From the NCBI GenBank assembly GCA_951406725.2, contig OX597823.1:76756001-76820000 (forward strand): a stretch of 64,000 nt of DNA, in the 5' to 3' direction. The notes below the pieces were generated by a model that saw only the letters and a list, made by a program, of their open reading frames with translations, was not told the DNA's origin and did not search any database. A program made the position numbers and the translations under genes. Shown here piece after piece: positions 25,025 to 37,251 of the stretch. Source of the DNA: Octopus vulgaris. Its lineage: Eukaryota. Positions within the stretch are counted from its first letter, which is position 1; each line of letters opens with the position of its first letter.

Positions 25025-26370
25025 CTATAAAATGTCCAAGAGGTTAAAGCAGCAAATCCACAACTTCAGTGTTCTGAGTTTGTGTTCAATTCTTAGAACT
25101 GGACTCAAATTGCTTCAGCTCTTGGATTTATCTAAATGAGTTTGGTAATTAATTGCACTACTTTACTAGATATTTGTGACCTCGTGTAAAAGTATGAAGC
25201 AAAAAATATACTCCCTATATTAAAAGTAATCACTGAAGTAACCCTGCTTTTCATCTTTCAGGGGTCAAGAAAATAAGAATATCAGCTGAGATGGATCTTA
25301 ATTGAATATACTCCATCCAAAACTTGATATCAAATGGCTATATTAGATATCCATATATTGTATAATGTAAGCAATAAATTGGTTGCATCACTAAAATATC
25401 AAATAGAAAACCTTGCTTCAAGTTCTCTGCATCCAGAGTTCAAATCTCCCTGATGTTGCCTTTTATGTTTTTGTGAATGACAAATTGAATACCAGTCCAG
25501 AAAGAGCATTAGTTGACATCTTAGAATGTTTGGAAGACATGCTTTGCAGTATCTGCATGGGATCCTGGAGTTCTGAGTTCAAATTCTATCACTGGTCAGA
25601 TTATCATCTTTCATAAATTGAATGAATGTATCAAAGCAAGCCATACATGACTACCACACCAGCAACTCACTGCAACTGAAAAGGTTTTCCATCATCATGA
25701 TACAGCTGTTCCATGATACAGGGATATTAAAAGCTGGACCTTAAGGCAGTGGGGGAAGGGATGGGGGCAAACTCATAAATTTTTCTCTACTCAAACCAGA
25801 CTCACTAGAGATTGGCCTAAAGCAACCAGAAAATCATGCAATCGTCTTTGAAGAGGACACATCAATGATGAATATAATGCAATGATATATATATATATAT
25901 ATATATGTACTGGCATAGATGTGGCAACATTTGAAATTTTGTCTAGGTATATGCAGCTGATGAGGACAAATCAAATCTACGTTGTCAAACATATTTGAAG
26001 AGTCTGAAACCGGTCCTGCATTATCCGTTTCTAGGTTTTTCATTTTTCAGATGTTCTTCCTAGAAGTAAGACAAATTTTTTTCATGTTTGTTGCACACAC
26101 GCATCTTTGCTAGTATATACACAGTGAAGCTCTACAATAGTGTCGTATTTATTACAATCGCTATTTTCCAGTAAATACCGGTACTTCGTTGTACCATTTA
26201 TTTACTTAGATATATATATATATAGTGTGCCATTAAAATGATCTTGTGAACTAAGTATTTTGGTTTATTTTCTGACTTAAGAATTTTATCATTTTTATCA
26301 AATGCTATTTTTAATAAAAGTAGTTATATTAGCTTGTATTGCTTAAATTTTGCAAATGGTAGTAACCATA

Positions 26371-26762
26371 GGCACAAGAGTGGTTGTGTAGTAAGAAGCT
26401 TTCTAACCAACCACATGGTTCTGGGTTCAGTCCCACTGTGTGGCACCTTGAGCAAGTGTCTTCTACTATAGTCTCAGGCTGACCAAAGCCTTGTGAGTGG
26501 ATTTGGTAGTTGGAAACTGAAAGAAGCCTGTCGTATATATGTATGCGTGTGTATATGTTTGTGTGTCTGTGTTTGTCCCCCCAACATCGCTTGACAACCG
26601 ATGCTGGTATGTTTACGTCCCCGTAACTTAGTGGTTTGGCAAAAGAGACCAATAGAATAAGTAATAGGCTTACAAAGAATAAGTCCTGGGGTTGATTTGC
26701 TCGACTAAAGGCAGTGCTCGAGCATGGCCACAGTCAAATGACTGTAACAAGTAAAAGAGAGT
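26371..26762 (+). mobile_element. SINE family A, full length
   Basis: Complete head to tail ...GGCCACAGTCAAATGACTGTAACAAGTAAAAGAG. Confidence 0.92.
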
Positions 26763-27367
26763 ATATCTATTTTAATAAACATCTTGCTACCTTTAAGAAA
26801 AGTGCCATCTGTCTTTAATTCCTTAGTTAATGGATTGTATGCTTTATTGATAAGGATTTTAAAAATAAGATGGTTACAGTTGCAGTTATAAAGCTCAACG
26901 TCCTTTGCAAAAGCACATCTAGGTTGCTAGATTTTCATGTTGAGTTGCTCTGAACTACAAACTCACAGATGCATAGAGGCATGCATGTATAAGTACATGC
27001 GTGCACACACACACACATACACACACACACACAAACACATACACACACACATGGAAACAGAGAAATGAACCAATGTGAAATCGGCTGGAAAATAAAACAG
27101 CCATCTCTCTCTCATATCTTGTCCTGTCTTGTTAGAAACAAGGAAAATTAATGGGATGTTCATATTTGGAATACCTCTGATCAGTGTTTTGTCCAAATCC
27201 TGGCTGACCTGAGGCCAAACATCACCAATAATATCAAGATACGGTTATCTAAGTGTGTGTTTATTTCTGTGTTTTTGTATGTGTGTTTGCATGTATGTGT
27301 ATGCATTGTTTGGTTAGTTGTACTGTTGGATACGTACGCTTGTGATATTTATGTGTAAAATACACAT

Positions 27368-27414
<47 letters not shown>

Positions 27415-28554
27415 CATACACACATACAAACTCACGCACATATATCTACCTTTCTGACAGTTTTAATACTTTGCTCTCTGGTCTCTCTTTATCTCTCTTT
27501 TCCTCTTTCTCTCTCCCTTATTCTCTCTGTCTGTCTGTCTGTCTCTCTCTCTGTTTCACTTGCACTTTCCACAACATAGATATACCTACCCCTCTTATAT
27601 GTTATTGGAAGCAATATACTGCGATGATTGGCTCCTGAGTAAGTTTATGAAAATGATGAGGAAAATGAGACGTTTGGCATTGTTTCATGTTGTTAAGTGT
27701 AATATGAGTTATGAAACTTATATATCAGCTATGAAAATATTTAAAATTTCAAGATAGTGTGCCAAAATAAGCCAAGATATCAGCTAGTTTAAACAGTGTA
27801 TACAACTCCAATGGATCTCTCACTTGAATCATTAAAGGAAGACCAAGGCTGCTTTAAGTACCCAATGGGTAATATATCTAATTATGGTGCAGACAATCAA
27901 TTTGTGTAGCAATATATTATGCCTGACAGCAGCTGGCTTTGCAGCACTGTTATATGAATTTCATTTTAACATAGCACAGTTTCACATTGCCATCGAAATT
28001 GTAAGATATTCAATCAAATTAATTCTAATCTATCATTGTTACAAGGGAAGGAGTTTGACAAAAATCATTATAACTTTTGACAAAATGCCTTGAGGTACTT
28101 ATTTATAGAGCTTTACATTCTAACACCAAGCCTCACCAAGGTTACCATTTACTTTCATCTTTATGGAAAGCCTTTCTCATTTAATCTTAACACTTTTCTC
28201 AAATTCATGGCTTTATGTGCAGGTAGAGCTGTGTGGCCAAGGAGTTTGTTTTGCAACTACATGGTTCTGGGTTCAGCTCTACTGCATGGGACATTGGGTT
28301 AGTCTCTTCTGTCATATAGTATAGCCCTGAGCTACCAAACGCTTATGAGTGGATTTGGCAGATGGAAACTGAAAGAAGCCTGTCATAAATACATACATAC
28401 ATACATACATACATACATACATACATACATACATGCATGCATACATACATACATACATACATACATACATACATACATACATACATACATACATACATAC
28501 ATACATACATACGTACATACATATATATATCAATCTGAGGAAAGTGTATGTACC

Positions 28555-28795
28555 AATTGGAAGTGTTATGGCAGTATTTCCCAACTTAAACAAGGTGACC
28601 ATCCAGAATAGTTGCAGGAGATTCTGAAGAAGTCTGGAAGGTGTGGTTGAAGCCAATTCCGATTTTATTGAATAAATTTACTCTTTAGTATTTCAAGATA
28701 TTTTTCATGTAATTTTGGTAAATATATCTGTAAAAGGAGACGTTAATGTTATTTTTATTTTTGCATAACTTAGAAGACAATATATTCACCACACC
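28555..28795 (+). mobile_element. Tc1-like transposon right end
   Basis: Encodes FPNLNKVTIQNSCRRF*RSLEGVVEAN and a terminal segment homologous to 31820-32050, 14805-14897 and 47490-47635. Confidence 0.7.
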
Positions 28796-28989
28796 ATAGT
28801 AGCATTTGATCTCAGAATGTATAGACAGATGAAATGCTGTTGAGCATTTTGTGTGGCATGCTAACGATTCTGCCAGATATTATCTTACTTGGAAACAGGT
28901 GAAGTCTGATGACAGGAAGAGCATCTGGTTGTTGGAAATCTACCTCAATAAAGCCTGTCTTACCCATGCAAACATGGTAAAGTGAACAC

Positions 28990-29098
28990 TAAGATGATGA
29001 TGATGAGGATGATGACGATGATTATGATGATGACGACATTGATGGTGATGATGGTGATGACGATGATGATGATGACAATGATGATGATGATGACGACT

Positions 29099-29137
<39 letters not shown>

Positions 29138-29140
29138 GCA

Positions 29141-29175
<35 letters not shown>

Positions 29176-29330
29176 AATGATGATGATGAGGATCACGATG
29201 TTGATAAGGATTATGTCAATGATAATAATGGTGATGACAACAAAAAAAAACAGCGATGACGACAATGGCAATGATGATGCTGGCGACAACGACAGCAATG
29301 ATAACAACAGCAATGATGACAACAATGATA
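28990..29330. repeat. (ATG)n tract grown from an RTE-type tail
   Basis: Follows a degenerate tail CCCATGCAAACATGG at about 28965. Confidence 0.9.
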
Positions 29331-29897
29331 GTGTTGTTGTTAGAAATATATTACTTTTATTTTTATATTTATTTGCTTAAGCCGGAGCCTGTGACCTAGC
29401 TGGAGCAGTGTCATTACTCGTGCACATTTTATCCATGCTCGCGTAAACAAAAGTCAAATCGACATTTGTAAGAATTAAACTTTAAGAGTAGACAGACAAA
29501 ACTAAATATAAGTCACTGTCTTTCATAATATACCATTCCTGTTAAATCACAGCTCTTTTACAGCACCATTGATTCACAGACAGAAATAAGTGAGTGAACC
29601 ACTTAAGAAAATAGATTAACAAAAGAAAATTAACAAGAGACTAATGAAGTATTTGAGGTTGATTTAATGAAGTTTAAACTACTTTAGGTTAGAATAACAG
29701 ATTGTCATGTTACATGACAAGCACCTTGTATTTATTATAGCTGTGTAGAAGGCATGTGGGTTAGTGGTTGAGGGTGTTTGTTTCACAATCATAAGGTTGT
29801 GAGTTCAATTCCTGGTGGTGTGTTGTGGCCTTCAGTAAGACAATTTATTCCATATTATTTACATTATTTACATTTGATGGATATCTGGCCTCATCTT

Positions 29898-30212
29898 AAA
29901 AAACACACAAAAACCTTTAGATTCACTTCAACATTTAAATTTAATTTGTCAAAATATTTTTGTCGCTTTGAGACTACGACCTGTTCACTGATAAAACTCC
30001 GTGCTGCATCGGGGAGTTTTGTCAGTGAACAGGTCGCAGTCTCAAAGCAACGAAAATATTTTGACAAATTAAACTTAAATGTTGAAGTGAATCTAACGGT
30101 TTTTGTGTGTTTCTTAAATGGCTTATAAACACCTTCCACACTGCAATTGTTTTTATTCCAGCACACAATCTCAGATCAGGTCACTTGCTATGCAAGTACA
30201 TCTCCATAATGT
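29898..30212. mobile_element. Fold-back repeat (about 105-bp inverted arms), probably Penelope-like terminal repeat, with hammerhead-like motif
   Basis: Arms about 29895-30000 and 30013-30118 around a roughly 12-nt spacer. CCTCATCTT is duplicated at 29889 and 30213. Homologous fold-back at 38468-38721. Confidence 0.7.
30018..30068 (+). ncRNA. Minimal type I hammerhead ribozyme-like motif, G3-C8 variant
   Basis: Stem I TTTGTCA/TGACAAA; core GTGAACA-G; stem II GTCGC/GCAAC (GCGAC in the other arm); GAAA; palindromic stem III AATATT; predicted UUU cleavage after 30061. Confidence 0.65.
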
Positions 30213-30231
30213 CCTCATCTTGTTTGTTGTA

Positions 30232-30277
30232 AAAACAATGTTTCGGCTGATATACCCTCCAGGCTTCATCAGGTGTC
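30232..30277 (-). ncRNA. Minimal type I hammerhead-like motif, canonical core
   Basis: Minus strand GACAC CTGATGA A GCCTG GAGGGTATAT CAGCC GAAA CAT T GTTTT; homologue at 35523-35568. Confidence 0.6.
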
Positions 30278-30609
30278 TTGGGGACAAATATCTGTTAAAT
30301 GTATTTAATGTAAATAATGTAAATAATGTACATAATTCCTCATCTCTTAAATATAGAACTGAATTTATTCCATGTTACTTCAGTCCACTTGTTTGTCAAA
30401 AATGAGTTGTACCTGTTCTTCAAAGGGTGGGCCGTGTTACTTTCTGTGTCATGCTGAATTTCCCTGAGAAGAACAATAAGAGTATGTGTATCTGTGGGGT
30501 ACTCAACCACTTGCACGTTAATCTTATGAGTTGGTTATTCTGTTGATCAAACTGTCAGGAACACTCATCATTGTTACTGATGGAGTGTCATTTTTCCTGT
30601 GTGTTATCT

Positions 30610-31052
30610 AAGGTGGCAAGCCGGCAGAACCTTAAGCACGCAGGGCAAAATGCTTAGTGGTATTTCATCTGAGTGCAAATTCTTTTGAGGTCAACTTTGC
30701 CTTTCATCCTTTCAGTTCGATAAATCAAGTACCAGTTGTGTGCTGTGGTTGATCTAATCAACTGGCCCCCTCCCCCAAAATTTTGTGCCTTGTGCCTAGA
30801 GTAGAAAAGATTATTACTGTGTGTTATCTAAGGTGGCAAGCTGGCAGAATCATTAGCACGCTGGGTGGAAAGCTTAGCAGTATTTCAGCTACTGCTATGT
30901 TCTGAGTTCAAATTCTGCCGAGGTCAATTTTGCCTTTCATCCTTTCGGTGTCATTAAATTAAGTACCAATGGAACACAAGGGTCGATATAATCAACTATA
31001 CCCTACCCCTAAATTTCAGGCTTTGTGCCTATAATAGAATGTATTATTATTA
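30610..31052 (+). mobile_element. Two tandem family B SINEs
   Basis: Heads at about 30610 and 30830. CTGTGTGTTAT occurs at 30597, 30817 and 31053. Confidence 0.85.
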
Positions 31053-31817
31053 CTGTGTGTTATGTGAAATGTATATATATATACCATTAGAAGGCATGAT
31101 GCTGTGGAGATGTCTGACATAAAATCTCTTCATAGACATGTGTTTAAAGCAATATACATGACATGTGTTAAAAGCAATATATATGAGAGTAAGATATGTA
31201 AACAATAGATGTATGTTGTCTTTCTAGAGGCTTGTGCTCACAGTTGTTATTTGTTTAAATGAAACTCATACCATAATAAATAGGAAACAGTGAATAAAAT
31301 CCCAACTGGTAATGGTGAAGCTTGCTTGGTTGTAGGGACAAACCAGTGTACACAACTGAAGACACTTGCCCAAGGTGCCACATAGTGAGACTGAACTCGG
31401 AACCATGTGGTTGGTAAATAAGCTACTTACTACACAGCCACTCTTGTGCCTATGACATACATATATATATAAATATATATATAAAATGTATCTTTTGGAA
31501 TTGGTGATCAACTTGTAGGAAACAACACGTTTTCTGATGATGAAACTCTACCATTTTAGAAGAGCAAAACTTTTTGATGATATTGAATTAAGTGATACTT
31601 CAAGTGTCACCACTAACGAATAGTCCAGCCAGTTGAATATGCAGTTAAAGGCAAAATTAAAAATCCTACTGAAATCAATTTCATATGCATAGATAAATAG
31701 ATAGACAGATAGAGAAAGAGAAAAAGAGAGAGCGAGAGAGAGAGAAATGGATAGATCTATATGCACATTATACATAAATTCTATATACATATGTGTCTAT
31801 TTATTTATCTATATAAA

Positions 31818-32600
31818 CCGGTTGTTGTGAATAAACTATTGTCTAAATTACACATAAGTGAAAATAACTCTGACATATCAATTTTAACAGATATATATAT
31901 ATAGCAAAATTGCATAAAAATAGCTTGAAATACTAAAGATTAAATTTATTTAATAAAATCGCCATTCACTTCAACCATGGCCTCCTGATGACTTTGGATC
32001 TCCCACAACTCTTCTGGATGGTCTCCTTGTTTGAGTTGGCAAAGGGTGCCATAATCCTTCCCTTCAGTTCATCTTGAGTGTTACAAGGAGTTTTGTTGGT
32101 CTCTCGCTCAACTGCACCCCACACATAATAATCAAGTGGGGTTGCAGTCTGGGGAGTTAGGTGTCTAGATGTTAGGAGTGATGTGGTTACAGAAATTGTC
32201 TGATAGCCATGACTGGGTTCTCCTGATTGTATGACATTGTGCAGAGTTCTGTTGTCAAACAGTGTCTTCCAGCAGCTACCCTCTTGACCCAGGGCAGCAC
32301 TACCTCTTCCAGGCACATAATATAGGCCTCTGTATTGAGTCTGTGTGGGAAGATGAATAGAGGCATAGCTTCACCTCTAGTTGGAGTGATCACCATGATG
32401 TTGACTGGATGCTTGATTTTTATCACTCTTGGTGCATGCATTGTTCTCAGATTGCACTGTCCTCAGATTGACACTCAAACACTCTGAAATGTTTCTATTG
32501 GAGCTTCTGGCATGAAAGCCAAGCAGTGCAACATGCCATTTTCAAATTTCTGATAGAGTGACTTGTGACATGGTGCTGTTTTTCTCACAGGGGGTGCCCA
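31818..32600 (-). mobile_element. Decayed Tc1-like transposon
   Basis: Minus-strand KHPVNIMV..MPLFIFPHRLNTEAYIMCLEEVVLPWVKRVA and PLDYYVWGAVERETNKTP..ELKGRI (SPDLNPLDY-type motif). Confidence 0.8.
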
Positions 32601-32689
32601 GCTGACTACTACACTGTGTAGTTTACAAACAATGCTTATGCACAAAATTAAGAATATAAAATGGCAACAATTGACCCATCACATCCTGT

Positions 32690-32939
32690 GTGTACATGTG
32701 TATATGTGTGTGTGTGTGTGTGTAGATATATATGCGTGTGTGTGTATATATATGTGTGTATGTGTGCGTGTGTTTGTGTATGTATGTATGTATATATATA
32801 TATATATGTATATATATATGTAAGCATATGTGCATATATATATACATACACACACACATATCTATACACATATATAATATATATATATATGTATCCATGT
32901 ATGTATGTATATATATATGTGTATATATATATATATGTA

Positions 32940-32977
<38 letters not shown>

Positions 32978-33096
32978 TGCATGCATATATATATACATAT
33001 ATATATATAGGTATGCATGTATGTAATTATCTATTTGTGTGAATAATTTCACATATATATTTGATATATATATGTATATATATATATGTATGTATG

Positions 33097-33127
<31 letters not shown>

Positions 33128-34395
33128 GTATATATATATATATATGTTCATCCTCATTCTGTAAAGAAACTGTGTGATTTTAGCGCAGGTTCTGTTTACA
33201 CAGCAAAACTGAATGTATGTTTATCAAATATTCATATCAACTTGTACACAATTTATTCACATAGACATTCTCTGTTGTTCAAGTAATTTTCTTGTATCTA
33301 GTTATGCCAGCATCTCTGCATGATGGATGTTTGTTTGCATATGTTTAGTTGCCTCCATATTTTGGCTTGTAGCAATTTATCAATATGTGTATATGAACCC
33401 ATACATGCCCATACGTGTGCACATACATGTGCATGCATACACACACATGCACACAGACATATATACACGTACATAAGCACACACGCACACATACATACAT
33501 GCATGCACACACACATGCACACAGATATACATACACATACACAAGCACATACGCACACATACACACACACATGCATGCCCACACACACGTACAAATATAT
33601 ACATACATACATTCAGACATGCATACACACAGACATACATACACACACATGCACACACATACACACACAGAAACGCACATGCACACACATACACACATGC
33701 ATACACATACACACTCACACATGCGCACACATACATATATACATATACACACACACACATATATATATATATATACACATACACAGCTGCACACACATGT
33801 GTTCACACTTACGTGCACACACACACACACATATACACACATAAGCACACATACACATACACATATTCACACACACACACATATGCACGAACGCATGTCC
33901 GTGTGTGTGTATCACCTTTGGACACTGTCTTCTTTCTTTCTGTCTCTTTCTCTTTCTCATTCCTTCGATTATTTTTCATTCTTCATATTTTGCTAAACCA
34001 AGCAAGTTCCTTCTCACCTAAACTCACCCTCCCGTTTTTTTAAATACCACCTCTCTCTCTCTTTCTCTTTCTCTCTCTCTTTCTGTCTCTCTCTTTCTAT
34101 CTCTCTCATTTTATCATTATCTCATTTTACGGAATTCGTTTGCAATATCATGCAAGGAATGACAATACAACTAAGAATTACCATTAAGTTATTACCACCA
34201 CCACTACCACCACAACTACTACCATTACCACCACCATCACCGCTACCACAACTACTACTACTACCACCAGCGCCACCTCTACCACCACTACCACCACCAT
34301 CACCACCACTGCCACTACTACCATCACCACCACCTCCACAACTGTCACCACCATCACTACCACTACCACAACCACCACCTCTGCTTCTACTACTA
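32690..34395. repeat. Compound (TA)n/(CA)n field and (ACC/ACT)n tract
   Basis: Direct sequence; source of the HTHT/VCVC/poly-P ORFs. Confidence 0.9.
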
Positions 34396-34625
34396 TTTCA
34401 ATTTAACTTTTATCCATTACTTGTTTCAGTCATTATACTGTGGCCATGCTGGAGCAGCACCTTGAAGAATTTTTAGTTGAACGAACCGTCCCCAGTACTT
34501 ATTTAGTTTTTAAAACCATATTGTAGACATACTGTATCAATTTCTCTTGCTGAACCTCTAAGCTACAGGACGTAAATAGATCAACGCTAGTTTTCAAGTG
34601 CTGGTAAGGGACAAATGCAAATACC

Positions 34626-34673
<48 letters not shown>

Positions 34674-34685
34674 TACACACATCAT

Positions 34686-34716
<31 letters not shown>

Positions 34717-35674
34717 GTTTAATGTCAGCTTTCCATGCTATCATGGGTTGGATGGTTTGACTGAAGACTGGTAAGCCAGAAGGTTGCACCAGGCTCCAAT
34801 CTGATCTGGCAAGGTTTCTACAGCTGGATGTCCTTTCTAACACGAACCACCCTGAGGGTGTAGTAGATGCTTTTTACATTCTACGGGCACGGGACCCACC
34901 AGCGCACACATATGTATATATGTACAACAGGGCTCTTCCAGTTTCTGTCACTCAGTTCCACTATCGAGGCTTTGGTCAGCCTGAGCTTATCGCAGAAGAC
35001 ACTCGCCCTGGGTACCAAGCAGTGGGACGGAGCCTGGAACCATGAGGTTGGGAAGCAATGCCTGCATTTAGACTATGCCTGCACCTGTTGTGAACAATAA
35101 TAATTCAAAATGGTTCAATGAGGCATGTTAGTTGATTAAATCCATCACAGTATTTGAATGGTGTTTTATTTTATCAACTCAAATGAGATGGAAATTGAAG
35201 CTGACAGTTGTGGAATTTCAACTCAAAATGCAAAGTGCTAGAACAAATAGAGCAATAGAACAATTCTGTCAATATCCTGAGCCTTGAATTATCGCATGAA
35301 AACAAAGTCTAAAATCTTATTGGCTTGGGAGGGTTACTACTCCAATAATAACACATGTACTGGTTCAGTATCACTTCTTTATTGTTGGTCAATTGGTTAA
35401 GTATCTAATAGGTTAAATATGTAATACATTTAACCTATTTAACTAATTGACTAACAATAAAGAAGTGCATTATTTACAATATTTACATTTGACGGATATT
35501 TATCCTCCTCTTGTTTGTTATTAACACAATGTTTCAGCTGATATACCCTCCAGCCTACATCAGGCATCTTGGGGAGATTTCAAACCTAGATTCTCGTTCC
35601 TAAGGTATTTTTCAATGTTGTTGTTATTGTTATTATTATCATAATTATTATTACTATTACTATTATTATTATAA

Positions 35675-36579
35675 TTGCCTTTGCACAGCTTCTAATGCTG
35701 GAGATGCACTACAGTGTTAGCTGTTCACTACCAGTGATCTAAGGTAACACATCTTATTTCTCAAGTACCTTCCAGGGTATTCAAGCTGTTCCAAGCAGTG
35801 CTGTTTTCTGCAAGTGTTCCACCCTGATTACAGTACCTATTTGTTCCATGTACTTGTCAATATTTTTGCTCACTGTTCCCAGGGCTCCAACAATTATTGG
35901 TACTACTGCTATCTTTTTCATCAACCAAAACTGCTTAACTTCCCAAGCTAACCTGTCATATCTCTCAACTTTTCTTTCTTCCTTATCATATTCCTTGTTG
36001 TCAGCTGGACATGCTATGTCTATGATCCAGCATAGTTTGTTTTCTTTCTCAATTAAGAATATGTCCAGCTTCCTATTCTCTATCTCATGGTCACACTGAA
36101 TCATAAAATTCCATAGGATCTTTGCATTTCTATTTTCGACAATGTCTTCAAGTTTGTGGTCATTCCAAATTTTGCTCTGTCAAATCCGTACTTGTTGCAA
36201 AGTGTCCAATGGACAAGGCTGGCTATATTGTCGTGGCATCTCTTATATTCCTTCTGGGCTAGTGGCATACATTGGCTGGTAATATACCATATGGTTTCAC
36301 CGTTTTGTCCACAGATTCTGCACTTATCACTTTCTGATGTGTTGTCTATTCTGTATTTTGTGTAGTTTGTTCTTAGTGCTTGCTCTTGGGCAGCACAGAT
36401 TAGAGCCTCCAATTCCAGTTTTAAATCCCTTTTAGTCATCCACAGCCATCTTTTTTTTCTGTCTGTCTTATCTTCAATATCCATATGAAATTGAGCATGC
36501 TTTCTTTTCTTTACCCACCTATTTTCAGTTTCATTCATTTTCAATTTCTTGTATAGTTTCTTTATCTTTGCAATCTTTC
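35675..36579 (-). mobile_element. 5'-truncated R4/Dong-type element (family 1)
   Basis: EALICAAQEQALRT..CRICGQNGETIWYITSQC..RCHD and QCDHEIENRKLDIFLIEKE..IIDIACP..PIIVGALG..LQKTALLGTA. Homologous to 19668-20238; (TAA)n-like tracts on both sides. Confidence 0.88.
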
Positions 36580-36694
36580 ATTATTATTATTTTAATTAAT
36601 ATTATCATCATCATCATCATCATTATTATTATTATTATTCAGGTCACTGCCTGGAATCAAACTCAGAATCTTGGAGTTAGTAGCCTGTGGTCTT

Positions 36695-37251
36695 TGGGGA
36701 GCAAAGGAAAGTGATTGCATCACTCATAGCCTCTCCTCTCCAGGTGTAATGATCGCTGCAGAACTTCTACTTGGCTGCGCCTTGTGGAAAGTTCTTGCTA
36801 ATGGCCTCTCCTGCACTACTGTGTCCACAGCAGCACCTTCACGCGGTACCCCCTGTTCTCACTGAGACTGCTGTGTGGCGCGACCGGGTGCTTGGCGGTA
36901 TAACCAGGTGGGCAGACTGGGCTCGTTAGCCTTGGTTGGCAGCCAGTCTAGGAGAAGGAAAACTCTGACTCCAAACCCTCGCTCCGCTGCCTTGCGGATG
37001 CTCTTGGGAGAGGGAAAGGCTATGGGGAGTAAACCCAGACAGAAAATCCGGAGTGGAGCCCTGAAGGCGGTAGGGTGTCGAATCTCGACCCCTTTCCGGC
37101 AACTCCTGCAGCCAACCAGACTCCAAACGTACTGCACTGCATTCCTTTGGATTATGTCTGGGGGGCCGAGAGGGAGATTCTGGTGTCTGGGCAGCCCAGT
37201 GTCTTCGTTTCTACCACCCAGGCTTGCGCCATGGAGAAACTACTCCATCGA
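36695..37251 (+). mobile_element. GC-rich non-coding insert resembling an RTE 5' region, with HDV-like ribozyme
   Basis: TSD TGGTCTT at 36688 and 37252. Contains GGTTGGCAGCCAGTCTAGGAGAAGGAAAACTCTGA (recalled RTE 5'UTR-like motif). HDV-fold elements at 36696-36875. Confidence 0.55.

Noticed and set aside
27136-27243. FN3-like exon (WDVHIWNTSDQCFVQILADLRPN)
   Set aside because: Stops in all frames, weak donor and only marginal similarity.
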